NCBI GenBank assembly: GCA_002269645.1
Contig: NIVC01003998.1
Location: 1,849 to 65,848, forward strand
Length of the DNA stretch: 64,000 nt
Direction of reading: 5' to 3'
Origin: Macrostomum lignano
Lineage: Eukaryota
Position numbers and translations under genes: made by a program
In this document: positions 47,600-60,534 of the stretch, piece after piece
How positions within the stretch are numbered: position 1 is the first letter of the stretch
How the letters are laid out: every line of letters starts with the position of its first letter
The notes under the pieces: model-generated
Databases searched by the model: none
What the model saw: only the letters and a program-made list of their open reading frames with translations
What the model was told of the DNA's origin: nothing

Positions 47600-48015
47600 G
47601 CGGGTGAATCTCAGGGTGAGAGGGTGAATCTCAGGATGAGAGGGTAAATCTTAGAACAAGACGAATCTTAGAGAGGGCCAATCTCAGAGCGAGACGGTGA
47701 ATCTCAGAATGAGAGAGTGAATCTCACAGTGAGAGAATGAATCACAAAACAAAGGGTGACTGGGTGAGTCTCAGAGTGAGAGCGTGAATCTCAGTGAGAT
47801 CGAGAATCTCAGAGTGGGAGAGTGAGTCTCACAGTGAGAGTGAATATCAGTGAGATCGAGAATCTCAGAATGAGAGGGGGAATCCCAGAGTGAGACAGTG
47901 AAGCTCAGAGTGAGATAGAGAACCTCAGAGTAAGACGCTGAGTTTCAGAGCGAGAGGCTGGGTCTCAGAGCGAGACAGTGAATCTGAGATTGAGGGTGAG
48001 TCTCAGAGTAAGGGC
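47600..48015. repeat. Degenerate ~18-20-bp repeat (GTGAATCTCAGAGTGAGA)
   Basis: Recurrent AATCTCAG/GTGAGA words between the MFF gene and the two-TM gene. Confidence 0.75.
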
Positions 48016-48647
48016 GACACCTAATGATGCTTTATGAGTGAATAGGTGAGTGAGTGGCCATAAGAGTAGCCAGGAGTAGATAAAAATTGCATACCATGCC
48101 GCAGAAGTTAACTGGCAACAGTAAGGCAGTGTTAGAAATCATTGCAACCAAAATGTGATTAAAAAAATCTAATACGCTTATTATTCAAAGCCTCTTGTTG
48201 GTTTTGTTGAGCAGTGGGCGCACAATGGATCGTACATTGCGATTTGAAGTACTTTATGAAAAGAAAGTTCTCTCAAAATAGCCATAGCTTTTAGGCGCTT
48301 TCTGTTGAATAAAATTAATGAAAAAACAAGTAAACATTTTTGTTTTAAACGTACCGTAAAATATAATGACAATACAAAGGAAGCACGGCAGACCCTTTTA
48401 TTGGGTTTCACACTAAACTGAAAATGTTATTCACACTCGTATCTTTTGCACCAATCGATATTTACTACTGATATCTACTACTGTTAGTAGTGAAAAATAA
48501 TGGAGAACTACATTTTTAATAATTATTCGTGAAAGGTCCGAGCAAAAAAGCACTCGATAGTTCCGGGCTAAGAAACGAAAGAAAGCGCGCGAAAATGATG
48601 ACGATTGCAACTTTGTGGGCGGCGGGCGAAACGAAATCAAATGGAGC

Positions 48648-50577
48648 TTATCGATTTGCACCGCTGGCCACTAGCCAACTGGCCAATTTCAACAGCAGGT
48701 AAGTTCCCAAAGCCGAGTACAGCGCCATCTCCAGTTGACGCCGCTTCCGGCTCTCGGACTCCAGCGCTTCAACGCGACGCTGCAGTTTGGCCAGCTTGGA
48801 GGCCGCCAGAGCTGTCGGCGCCACTGTTGCGTCATCGTCCAACTCGTAGATGCTGTTGCTGGGCGGCGAGGCCGGACGCTGCCGGCTGCTCAGCCTGCGG
48901 CGCTTCTTCTTGCCTGCGGCCATTCTTTAGATGGCGATGGATTGATTATTAAAATGGGGATGGGGCGATTTTTGAGATGGGGATGGGGCACTTCTTGAGG
49001 AGGGGATGGAGCCATTCTTGAGGAGGGGATGGGGCACTTCTTGAGGAGGGGATGGGGCACTTCTTGAGGAGGGGATGGGGCCATTCTTGAGATGGGGATG
49101 GGGCCATTCTTGAGATGGGTGTGGGGCGATTCTTGAGATTAGGATGGGGCCATTCTTGAGGAGGGGATGGGGCCATTCTTGAGATTGGGATGGGGCACTT
49201 CTTGAGGAGGGGATGGGGCACTTCTTGAGGAGGGGATGGGGCACTTCTTGAGGAGGGATGAGGCCATTCTTGAGATGGGGATGGGGCACTTCTTGAGATG
49301 GGGATGGGGCCATTCTTGAGGAGGGGATGGGGCACTTCTTGAGGAGGGGATGGGGCCATTCTTGAGGAGGGGATGGGGCACTTCTTGAGGAGGGGATGGG
49401 GCACTTCTTGAGGAGGGGATGGGGCACTTCTTGAGGAGGGATGAGGCCATTCTTGAGGAGGGATGAGGCCATTCTTGAGATGGGGATGGGGCCATTCTTG
49501 AGGAGGGGATGGGGCCATTCTTGAGGAGGGGATGGGGCCATTCTTGAGGAGGGGATGGGGAACTTCTTGAGGAGGGGATGGGGCACTTCTTGAGGAGGGG
49601 ATGGGGCACTTCTTGAGGAGGGGATGGGGCACTTCTTGAGGAGGGGATGGGGCACTTCTTGAGGAGGGATGAGGCCATTCTTGAGATGGGGATGGGGCAC
49701 TTCTTGAGATGGGGATGGGGCCATTCTTGAGGAGGGGATGGGGCCATTCTTGAGGAGGGGATGGGGCCATTCTTGAGGAGGGGATGGGGCCATTCTTGAG
49801 GAGGGGATGGGGCCATTCTTGAGATGGGGATGAGGCCATTCTTGAGATGGGTGTGGGGCGATTCTTGAGATGGGTGTGGGGCGATTCTTGAGATGGGTGT
49901 GGGGCGATTCTTGAGATTGGGATGGGGCCATTCTTGAGATGGGGATGGGGCCATTCTTGAGATGGGGATGGGGCCATTCTTGAGATGGGGATGGGGCCAT
50001 TCTTGAGATGGGGATGGGGCCATTCTTGAGATGGGTGTGGGGCGATTATTGAGATGGGTGTGAGGCGATTATTGAGATGGGTGTGGGGCGATTATTGAGA
50101 TGGGGGTGGGGCGATTCTATTTATCTTGGAAAAAAACCCATAAGAGGTTTAAATTCAGCAGGCAGTCAATTAGCAATCATGCGAGCATTGAACTCACAAG
50201 CTGCTCTCATCGGAGGCTGGGAAGTCCGGATACCGCACCTTGTCCAGAGTGATGGTGGCTGGCGGTGTATCAATAGTCAGAGCCGGGTCCGCAAGCTTAG
50301 CCCCGCCGCCCGCGTCAGCCCTGGCGTCGCTATAGTAACTACGATAAGTATTGTTAAAATCGTCGGCTGGCGCGGGTTCAAAAGTAGCTAGCAGTCGATC
50401 CGGCACGCTCATCAAATCGAGAGCGCCGAGAAACGCGGGCTGTTGCTGTGCGGCACGGCTGAAGCCGCCATCAGTGTCAGTGTGGAGGGCTTCATAATCC
50501 CTGTCTGCCATTGGGCCCAGCCTATCTGGTATGCGCATTTGGCGACTGATGTCTTCGGTAAATTGTCCGCTGTCCAT
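48648..50577 (-). CDS. MFF: Mitochondrial fission factor (MFF/Tango11 family), about 218 aa, tail-anchored
   Basis: Exon 1 50577-50198 (TT|GTGAGT, phase 2) contains FTEDISRQMRIPDRL, MSVPDRL and TPPATITLD, matching the recalled MFF repeat motifs. Exon 2 48924-48648 (TAAAG|) contains the coiled coil KLAKLQRRVEALESESRKRRQLEMALYS and a C-terminal TM. Confidence 0.85.
48950..50115. repeat. ~22-24-bp minisatellite filling the MFF intron
   Basis: GGGGATGGGGC(C/A)(A/C)TTCTTGAG(GA) units. Confidence 0.95.
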
Positions 50578-53500
50578 GGGCCACCAGCTGTGAGAAGAAT
50601 TTGCATTATTATATGTAAATTTTAGGTTGCATCTTATTAACCATCTTCCAAACTTAGCACACTGTTAATCATAAAAGTCCAAGAGAGGTCCAAAAAATTG
50701 CACTCTTTGGACTTGCAATTGCAAAAAGGTCCATTTTACAAAAAAGAATGATATGCTAATTTAGTATTTTTTGCTTTTCTAAAACTATGAACAACAAAAC
50801 AAATTCACTGTAGAAACTTTTGCAGCAGCCACTTTTTATAATCTTTAAGGCAAGAGAAATGCTACTTGGCATTATAAAAATATTGCATTGTGAGATAGTA
50901 ATCAGTAGTTTGTTGTTATACATGTTTAAAATGCTCTGAAAGACATTCAGACAACATGATAACTTATATTTTAGTCTATTTTGCATTCAACTTGCAACAT
51001 GTACCTATGGGGTTCTATTAAAGCTATGCCAGTAATTTAGCAGTTTTGTTGACTTTGTTTTGCAGTGCTATTTATATAATTGTTTATATAATGGTTAAAA
51101 ATATGAAAATAATCCTAAAATTGCTAAATATCTAAATAGCTAAATGATGCCAGCAATAACTCTACATAGCCTAGATAAACTATAAAGCATAGTAAAGAAC
51201 ATTAATAGCATAGTAAACAAATTACTAACCTTATTTTCAAAATCATATCAACTTTAATTTTTATACTACATGGTTTGGTTTTTGTCACATTTGCCAATAA
51301 GGAATTTTTAAGTTACTAAAAAATTATTAACTATTTAGTGATCATTTGAATATATATTTTATTTCCTGCTTCTTTTTTTAAATAAACCATTTTTAGTCAC
51401 TACATAAACCCCAAGAATCATCTTTTGTTTTCCTTAGAATTGCTTTTAAATATCCCTCAAAATCACCCAACACCCTTAAACATTCCTTAGAATTTCCCCT
51501 AAATATTCCTTAGAATCACGTTTAAATATTTTTCAGAATAGAATCAATCCCATTAAAAAATCTCCTTAGGTCCTTACATTAAGTAACTTAACCTCCTATT
51601 TTATTTCTTATACCCTAGTGGTTGGCTTTAAACTAAATATAATTAGGACTTGGGTTAAAGCTAAGGGCCTATATAAAAATGAAGTTTCAATTTGAAATTA
51701 GCACTATCAAAAACCTTTATAGAGACAACCCATTTACTTACTCTTATATTTTATTATTTATATTAAGTTTGCTAGGTAGATTTAGACTGTCTTAAATTCA
51801 AAGTAGTTTGATATCTTTATCTTATCATTTACTTTTTTAAAAATCAATCATTTATAAATAAAAATATCTATAAACTTACTTTTAATATATGGGAATTACT
51901 TGTCTAGAGACAATATATTTACCAATACAATATATTTATATACACTATTATTCTATAGGCTGGATCATGCTAGGTGCATGCCTAAACAAAAACTTATAAT
52001 TTGTAACAATTTGGTATTATAAATATACCAAAAAAATTAAATGCATGTCTATATTCTCAAATCTAGGCTAGTGTTACAATAATAATTGACCTTTTTTCAC
52101 TTTCAACAATTCAAAAATAAATAACCTTTTTTGAATTGTGTAACCATAAAGGACCCTTTTTGGCTAATAATTCAGTTGATTATTTAACTTTCTTTCTTGT
52201 CTATATAGTATTATTTATACCACACTTAGAGACACAACCACCATTTCTATAAGTTTTTGGATTATAGACATGGCCATCATGTTTCTAATAGTGCTTAAGT
52301 CTATACTTATAGACATGGCTAGGCTACTATATCTATATTAGAACTTATAGACATAGCAAATCAGTGACTGTGTCCATACAATAAAAAATGCATCTTATAC
52401 TAGAGACAGCAGCCATGTCTACAATACCTACACATTTATTGCCATAATTTATAGCAACAGTAGTTACCATGTATGCTTAACATTAGGGCCTATAGACATT
52501 GCAGCTATGCTTATATGCTCCAACATTATAGAACTAGCCACTGTGTCTAAAAGTATTCCATATTATTTACAATGCAAAAAAATCAATATGTAAAAACATT
52601 TTTTAAGTTTTTTATTATAAACTTAAAACTGGAAAGCTTAAATTGAAATTTATTTTTAAAAATAAACTTTTCAATCTTTTTCCACTTAACACTAGGCCCC
52701 AACTTTTTTGCCTGATTGTATACATTGCATGCTAGGCTTCTAGGTATGCATGCAAATTATTTTCCTACAAATCATGCATGCCAAGTGTGTATACCTAACT
52801 TTTGGCCTGCAAAGCCAATGCATACCTAAATTTTCAGGTGTATGTTACATGATCCAGACTGTGGTTATTATTATTAGTCTGAAAAGTTAATTATTATATG
52901 ATAATTAAAATTAATCATTTAAAAGTTATTAGGCCTATTTTTATTATTTAATATATAGAAGGCCTCTTTTATTCTTTATTTGTATGTGAAAATCTAAATT
53001 TCTATGCCATTTTAAAATTTGTGTGTTCTAAGAAAAACAATTTAATTTTCTGTTTGAATATGAACAGTACTAACTTAAAATGACAAAAAACGATAATAAT
53101 AGTATGACATGGAAACCTTTGTAGCATTTATAAAAGCATGAAATTGAAATTGTGCCAAGGCGTGTAAGAAAGTGAAGCAACAACTGTCTTTTAGCAATTG
53201 TCTATGGTTAAAACTGCAAGGATATCACTAGAAAACTAGAAGGGGGTATAAAAAATAATTTATAAGTCTTCTTAAGTTTTTAGTCAGCTTGCTAAAAAAC
53301 ATACAATTATATTCAATGACATAGATGGTTGCCCTGCAGCACCTACATTTATGGTACCCCCTAGGCAAGTGCGTCTTGCACTAGAGCTATGCCACTATTA
53401 TGACAACACCTTGAGACATTATCAACTAAATGGCAACATACCATGTATCTTATTGAAAACTAATGGTGTCATGCTTGACATGCGGTAGAGGTGGCGCTGG

Positions 53501-54394
53501 CAATATAATGGCAACACAAATGCCATTGCAATGGCATATAGGCCCTAGGTAAGGTGACCAATTTTTGGATAGACTGGCATGGGCATGCACCAGCTGCTAT
53601 ACTCCCAAAGATGCTGTTTTGTGAGGAAAATTCTCGCATGCGATGCAACAAGGTCCCAGGCAGCTATATACAGCGTGCACAGCATGCAGCCAAGAGGCGG
53701 AAATTATTTTGGCATGCGCTGCGCAAATATTTTATTCACTCCACATTTTTGGTAACGACAAATTTTTTATTTTAAATTGAATGTCTCACGATAATAACAC
53801 AATGTGCATAATGAGAGATCTTTTTGTGTATCTGCAATAAGGAAAACAATTTTTGTGTGATGCAAAACAATTTTCAGGCATTATAAAACAGTATATAATA
53901 AATACAAACTAAAGTATTTTGTAAGTATTTTTTTCGTTTTTATTTGAAAGTGTGTCTTGCATTAATTATTCAATGCAAAGCTTACTGCTTATGTAAATAG
54001 ATCGGTAGATCTAGATCCCTTGCTGCCACTCACCTGTCCTAGTTTACTATGGTCAAATGGATAGTTTTTTTCTTTATTTGAATTTTAAATCTCTTGTTAA
54101 AAATTTAAATCAAAAAAATCTAAAATTTAAATTTAAAAAGTCATTTAGCTCGGCATGCATGGGGTGTATATGTGATTTGACCTCCCGCGTGCAGCGTGCA
54201 AGGGCAAAAATTATTTTCGCGTGCATTAAGCATACTCGGGACTATGGACCAGCTTTCATGCCCAGGTGTCAATTCAGAAAGGCTATTTTTTAAGCTAGTC
54301 ATCTTATGCTGCAGTAGCAGCTAAGATACTTTGAAGCTAGTATCTCATTTGGTAGTTGGCTATAGTCATAGAAGCAAAGTAAGATGAGTGTTAA

Positions 54395-54710
54395 CAACAA
54401 TGCAACATTGGTCATAATGCTATTGTCAACTGGCAAAACTTCATCAGGGACATCTGTTCTCAGTACCTAATTGACCATCCAGTGGAACTAGGTGGTCCTG
54501 GTAAAGATGTAGAGATAGACAAATCCTACTTCTTTCACCAAAAGTACTACCAAGGTGCCCACTGGCCTGGACAGTGGGTATTTGGCATGGTTGAACGTGG
54601 TACCAGGAAGTGTGTGATGATTGCTGTTCCTAGGCCCTAACCACACCGCTGCAATGCTGCTACCTTTGATTCAATGCCATGTTCTTCCTGGTACACATGT
54701 GATTACTGAG
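54395..54710 (+). pseudogene. Decayed Merlin (IS1595/ISXO2-like) DDE transposase fragment
   Basis: Translates to ...VNWQNFIRDIC...LGGPGKDVEIDKSYFFHQKYYQG...WVFGMVERGTRKCVMIAVP (stop/frameshift) ...LLPLIQCHVLPGTHVITE, matching the GGPG-VEIDES-RKYxRG-WVFG signature. Confidence 0.82.
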
Positions 54711-55655
54711 ATATACATAGCCTCATAGGCCTAATAAAGGCAATCAAGAAAAAAGTCTGGCATTAAACAAATGATATAGGTTATGATATAGGTTAAACAA
54801 ATGGTCTGGCAGAAATATAGGTATATGACGTAGCGAGTTCGATCGAGATGTGATTACCGACTAGTTATTTATTTAATTATTTAATTATATTATTAGTAAA
54901 GAGACAAAACGCCAAGAAACTAACTCCGCTGTAGAAACAAAGTAGTAGTAGTAGTAAGAGAATTTGGCTCAGGCAATTAGCCTGTTTGGCCAATATATTA
55001 TGGAGCTATGTATTTGGAAAAATTTTCGAAATAGAAGTTTATAAAGACGATTTGACGACGATTTGCCGCTCGAGTTAATAAAGTAGTAAGAGAATTTGGC
55101 TCAGGCAATTAGCCTGTTTGGCCAATATATTATAGAGCTATGTATTTGGAATTTTCGAATATAGAAGTTTATAAAGACGATTTGACGACGATTTGCTGAG
55201 TTATTGTAAAAGATAAAGTATTTGAAAGCGCGCCAGAATTTTTACGGTATTTTTAGACGAAAAGTGACGACTAACAACTAACAACGAGTATAAATATTAA
55301 TACAAAAATGAGTACAAATTACGAGGTATAGCTTTAATTGCGAGATTACTTTGGTAAGCGAGTTTGTAAAAAAAAAAAGATGTAGTATTTTTGAAAGCGC
55401 GTGATATTTCAAAGCGTGAAAAACGAACATAAACAATACTTCGAAAGAATTTTACTTTTAACGAATAACGACGATTTAAATATAGGAAATTAAAAAAGAC
55501 AGTAAATGAATAAACAACTGAAAAGCGGATTTGTTACACTGCTGATGTATCTGATTCAGTTTGTTTAACTGTTTTAGCTATTCATGACTTCATATATTTT
55601 AGCTACACCAGTGAGCTCTTTTCTGACTCTTTTTTCATTTGTAGCATATCCTATC

Positions 55656-55950
55656 CAAGGACTTCTAGACTAACAGGACGTAAAACTCAAAGATCGTGCA
55701 ATTTTTTAGAGGCCACGATTTCCTGGAAAAAATACACTGCGAAGATAGGAAAAAATCAGTTTTTCGTCACAAAATCTGTGATTGTATTTGATCTGGGGCA
55801 GTGAAGACTACCATTCTTTTAATTTAACATGCACAATATGTTACTCTATTATATTTTCATATAGCTGTGTAGTGAAGTTTTCATTTTCATATTGTTTTCA
55901 CTTTATTTCATAAGCCCAAAGTTGCGGGCTCACAGGTGGCATTAGCCAAA
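55656..55950 (+). mobile_element. Short 3'-end copy of a non-LTR retrotransposon (inverted relative to 56412-56706)
   Basis: About 295 bp, reverse-complement identical to 56412-56706 except 7 transitions. Confidence 0.8.
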
Positions 55951-56411
55951 CTTTTTGTGTTGTTCTTTTTAAAATAAAGTATAAAAACATTGCATGTAGG
56001 TACTCTTAGTCTTAAGCTATTATTGTAGGTTTAGTAACTATACTAATTCCTAGGCCTACTAGAACTAGTCCTATCACTACACTATCTAGCCTAATAAGTA
56101 ATTAAATTTAGACAATGACTTAAAGATTAGTATATTTAGATTTTTTTATTATATATAGATTACCAATACATAGTTTCATATGGTTGGTTACCTAGGCTTG
56201 AGAAAGCTGTATTATCAGTTTTTAAGCCAAGCCTATATTTAGGACTAAGATTTAAGAAGAATAGACTTAATCACAAAAATAGGCCCTAACCATTTTTACT
56301 AGGTATCTATAAGAAAAAACATTGATTAGTTCTTTTATAATTTTTATTTTAAAGGCTAAAAATATTATTATATTACAAATTTGAATAGCTTTTCTTTTCT
56401 TGAATTTGATA

Positions 56412-57203
56412 TTTGGCTAATGCCACTTGTGAGTTTGCAACTTTGGGCTTATGAAATAAAGTGAAAACAATATGAAAATGAAAACTTTACTACACAGCTA
56501 TATGAAAATATAATAGAGTAACATATCGTGCATGTTAAATTAAAAGAATGGTAGTCTTCACTGCCCCAGATCAAATACAATCACAGATTTTGTGACGAAA
56601 AACTGATTTTTTCCTATCTTCGCAGTGTATTTTTTCCAGGAAATCGTGGCCTCCAAAAAATTGCACGATCTTTGAGTTTTACGTCCTGTTAGTCTAGAAG
56701 TCCTTGATCCTATCTTGTGTATTTGATTGCTATTTAAGAGGTATTGACAGAAGTATTTTTTCCTGATCTCTTCAGTTTGTGGACATTCGGTCAAGTAGTG
56801 TAGAATGTCAGAACCATTTCGCGCTCCACACATTTTACATGGTTCTTGAGAAAAAAAGTTGGGTGTAATCTCGCATTTCAGTTTTAGGAGGGTTGTTAAG
56901 AATTTTTTGTTTCTAAATGTACATGGAAAGAAATCTGAAAGGTCGGGCCTGTAGATTTTTTTGTAGAGATAGGCGTTTTTGTAGAGTTTAATATGTTGCT
57001 GATTCTCTAGCTTTTGGCTAAGTTCTCTTTCTCTGTGTATCTTGAGGTGCTTTTTCACTAGGTATTTCTCGTTATTAAAGCTTTGGGAAAGTTTATCTTC
57101 AGTTAGTGCTTTTAGGTCTATACTTTCTAGTTTCTTTAGTACATTCATTTTCCATGGATTTTTTTGGCCGGTGTTTGAGTAGAAAATTTCTAGAGTTATT
57201 GAA
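56412..57203 (-). mobile_element. 5'-truncated non-LTR (LINE) fragment with the ORF2 C-terminal zinc knuckle
   Basis: ORF 56558-57148 contains CKMCGARNGSDILHYLTEC (C-x2-C-x-H-x3-C type), followed by a 3' UTR. Confidence 0.7.
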
Positions 57204-58204
57204 AAAGATAAAGTATTTGAAAGCGCGCCAGAATTTTTACGGTATTTTTGGACGAAAAGTGACGACTAACAACTAACAACGAGTATAAATATTAATACAA
57301 AAATGAGTACAAATTACGAGGTATAGCTTTAATTGCGAGATTACTTTGGTAAGCAAAATGAGAGCGAGGCGACAATTTAAATTGGCGGGAAATTCTGGTT
57401 GACTTATCAAAAAACCTAAGATGACTTATCAAAAAAGTAATAATGCTTTTTTTGAACTTTTTTGAACTTTAATCGAAAAAAACTTTTGATAGAACCTAAA
57501 AATTTACGATGCTAACGACATCGTTACAGGTAGGCAAACATCTATTAAATAAAGCTAAACCCTAGTCAAGCCCTAGGTAGGCCAAGGCCATACTCATGAC
57601 AAATGTGAAAATTTTGGATATTTTGATTATGAAGTATAGACTAAGCCTATATAGCCTAATATAAGTTTACAAGGCAGTAGGAGGCAAAAATGCACAAAAA
57701 TCAGTTATATTGTACTCCCAGACTTAGACTCACTTAGCTAATTATAACCATGTATAGCTAAGCTACAAAGTAAAAACAAAAGCTGATGCAGCACAACGGT
57801 TGTAAGTATGTGCAAAAAATGATACGTGCATACTAACTAATTACTAAAAGGCAAGGACCTTAGGTCCTTGCTAAAGGGTTACAAAAGTGTAGTTTCAAAG
57901 CTCCGGGCTTTATTTTAATTGTTTTAACAATTTTAACCGAAGAAAGTTATAGAAAATCCTAAATTACTCAGATTCGTACCGCGGTTATAAATTTCTTAAA
58001 TCTTTCTTGAATATATTTTTATTGTTTTAATATTTTTCACGGAAACAAAATTTGGCAAAATTCGATTTAATAATGCGCGGATAGAAATTTCAGCATGCAT
58101 CTCGTAGTGCGAATTGCTTCTCTTTTTTCTGCTATTTAAATTGCGTACAATAGCTTAGTTAAAAAATCTACTAAAACTTTCAATCACAATATATTTCTAA
58201 TACA

Positions 58205-60342
58205 ATGCCTACATTTGGTGGCTCACCTACATGCCCAGCCTGCAAGAAGAAAGTGTACTTTGCGGAGGAAGTGAAATGTCTTAGGAATTCGTACCACAAA
58301 TTTTGTCTGAAATGCTGTAAGTAAATTTCTATAGCATTTCCCTTTTTGGATTAAAAAACAAGTTTATGCTCACGATTTAATTGTAGCAGAGATTGCATAT
58401 TTACTACTTAAAAGTCGCGAGATCAGGAAATATCAAATGAAGCGATTCTTAATTTTATATCTCTGAAAGACTGTGAGGATTAAATCTTATACTTTATTAG
58501 GCCTGTGCAATAAGCTGCTTGACTCATCGACGGTGAACGACCACGAGGACAGGATTTACTGCCGGGCCTGCTACGCTAAGAACTTCGGTCCTAAAGGATA
58601 CGGCTTTGCTGGCGGAGCCGCCGGACTGCAATCAGAGGGGCAGCCGTGAGTGCATAGTTCTCTTTAAATCACGGCCTTAGAAACCAACTATAATCGTTTA
58701 ATCATTTTTATTAACTTCGTGCATTTCGTTTTTACATGTATTCGGAACTGATCAAATATTATTTCAGCTTTTCGGTTCAAAAGTAAGTGATTAAAGCTTG
58801 AGACTTAAAAGTGACAGGAAAGGTTCAGCAGTCAAACTAAAACAACACACGCCCATAAAATAATTTGCACTTTCTAGTTCTACAATTCGATTTCATCAAA
58901 CCGAATGTTTCGTTTTTCAATTTGCGTACCTGATTCAATTCGACCTCTTAAATTTTCTATAAAATATTTTTTGCATCGAAAATAAATGACTTAGAAAAGT
59001 GAGCAGTTGCGGAGATAAATGAATTTGGTTGAATTATTCACTAAGCATGTATAATGGAATTTGAGGCATTTGATTTCCTGTGCTAATATATTGCAATATA
59101 GCTTGGCATACATGTAAAGGCTCCAATTCGTCATATAGCAAGTGAAACACGAACTTCCTGCCTTCTCCTTGCATTCAGCTGCTAAAATTGCACAACAGGT
59201 CGAGTTCCTCAGACACTGGCAATGCCAATATGCAGAGCCTTGCTTCTTGTTTACTTAAATACTACTTTGCTAAAGACAAACTGGCAGCAAGTCTTTCTCC
59301 GTCTATCTTTTTGATTCTCTCTCCAAATGTGTACCTCATGACTCAATGCGGTCACATTGTTAATTTTATTCGCGTTGGGCAAAGAGAACAAGCCTCGCGG
59401 GACAAACGCCATGAGTGTTAATTGTGACACACAAGCAACACTTGCTTGCTTTGGCGGAAACCTGAGAGATTTCTCATTCCATTGGCTTTCTCTGAGAAGC
59501 CACCCTGCCGACCCAAGGACTTCTAGAAGTCTAGAAGTCCTTGTGCCGACCACGGCACGTGACAAATTTCTCTCAAATAACACATTTTCTTTGAACAAAT
59601 ATTTCCTGTGCTGAGCTGAACAAATACTGACTGACTGACTGACTGACTGACTGACTGACTGACTGACTGACTGACTGACTGACTGACTGACTGACTGACT
59701 GACTGACTGACTGACTGACTGACTGACTGACTGACTGACTGACTGACTGACTGACTGACTGACTGACTGACTGACTGACTGACTGACTGACTGACTGACT
59801 GACTGACTGACTGACTGACTGACTGACTGACTGACTGACTGACTGACTGACTGACTGACTGACTGACTGACTGACTGACTGACTGACTGACTGACTGACT
59901 GACTGACTGACTGACTGACTGACTGACTGACTGACTGACTGACTGACTGACTGACTGACTGACTGACTGACTGACTGACTGACTGACTGACTGACTGACT
60001 GACTGACTGACTGACTGATCCAACTTATTTATTTTCAATCTCGCACTGGTCAGGAACCACGTTGAAAATGTCGCCACGGCCAGACCTTCGCCAAGCGCCG
60101 TCAAGTACGGCGGCGGCGGAGAGAAGTGCTCCCGCTGCTCCGGCTCGGTGTATTTCAACGAGCGCCTCCAGGCCACTGGACGGGTGTTTCACCGGGCCTG
60201 CTTCAAGTGCGAGGACTGCTCCAAGCCGCTGGAACCGGGCGGCGAGTCCGAGCACAAGGGCCAAGTGTTTTGCCGCGGCTGCTACACGCGGAACCACGGA
60301 CCGAAAGGTTTCGTGACCGGAAGTTCGATGCACGTTTCTTAA
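58205..60342 (+). CDS. CSRP: Cysteine-rich protein / muscle LIM protein (two LIM domains with Gly-rich GPKG repeats), 181 aa
   Basis: Exon 1 58205-58316 (MPTFGGSPTCPACKKKVYFAEEV...C T|GTAAGT); exon 2 58501-58645 (TTATTAG| ... FGPKGYGFAGGAAGL ... CC|GTGAGT); exon 3 60054-60342 (CAG| ... CSRCSGSVYFNE...HGPKGF). Intron phases are consistent. Confidence 0.93.
59626..60018. repeat. (CTGA)n tetranucleotide microsatellite, about 98 units, in CSRP intron 2
   Basis: Pure ACTG run ending about 35 nt before the 3' splice site. Confidence 0.97.
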
Positions 60343-60534
60343 GATTATCCGACGCATCAACGAAAATTTTGAATTGATGTCTATTCTAGATCACAGATAA
60401 TGAAGTTGCTAAAATAAACACTAAAAGTTATCAATCGACAATCGCACACGCTACGTTTTCTTTTCAAACACCTACCTTACTCTGTTTGAAATCCCAGCCA
60501 CCAATTTTAATGGCACCACTTCATGCAATATCTT

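Noticed and set aside
48890-50023. Pro/His-rich ORFs on the minus strand
   Set aside because: They are the minisatellite inside the MFF intron.
59523-60176. (SQSV)n ORF on the minus strand
   Set aside because: Translation of the (CTGA)n microsatellite, antisense to the CSRP intron.
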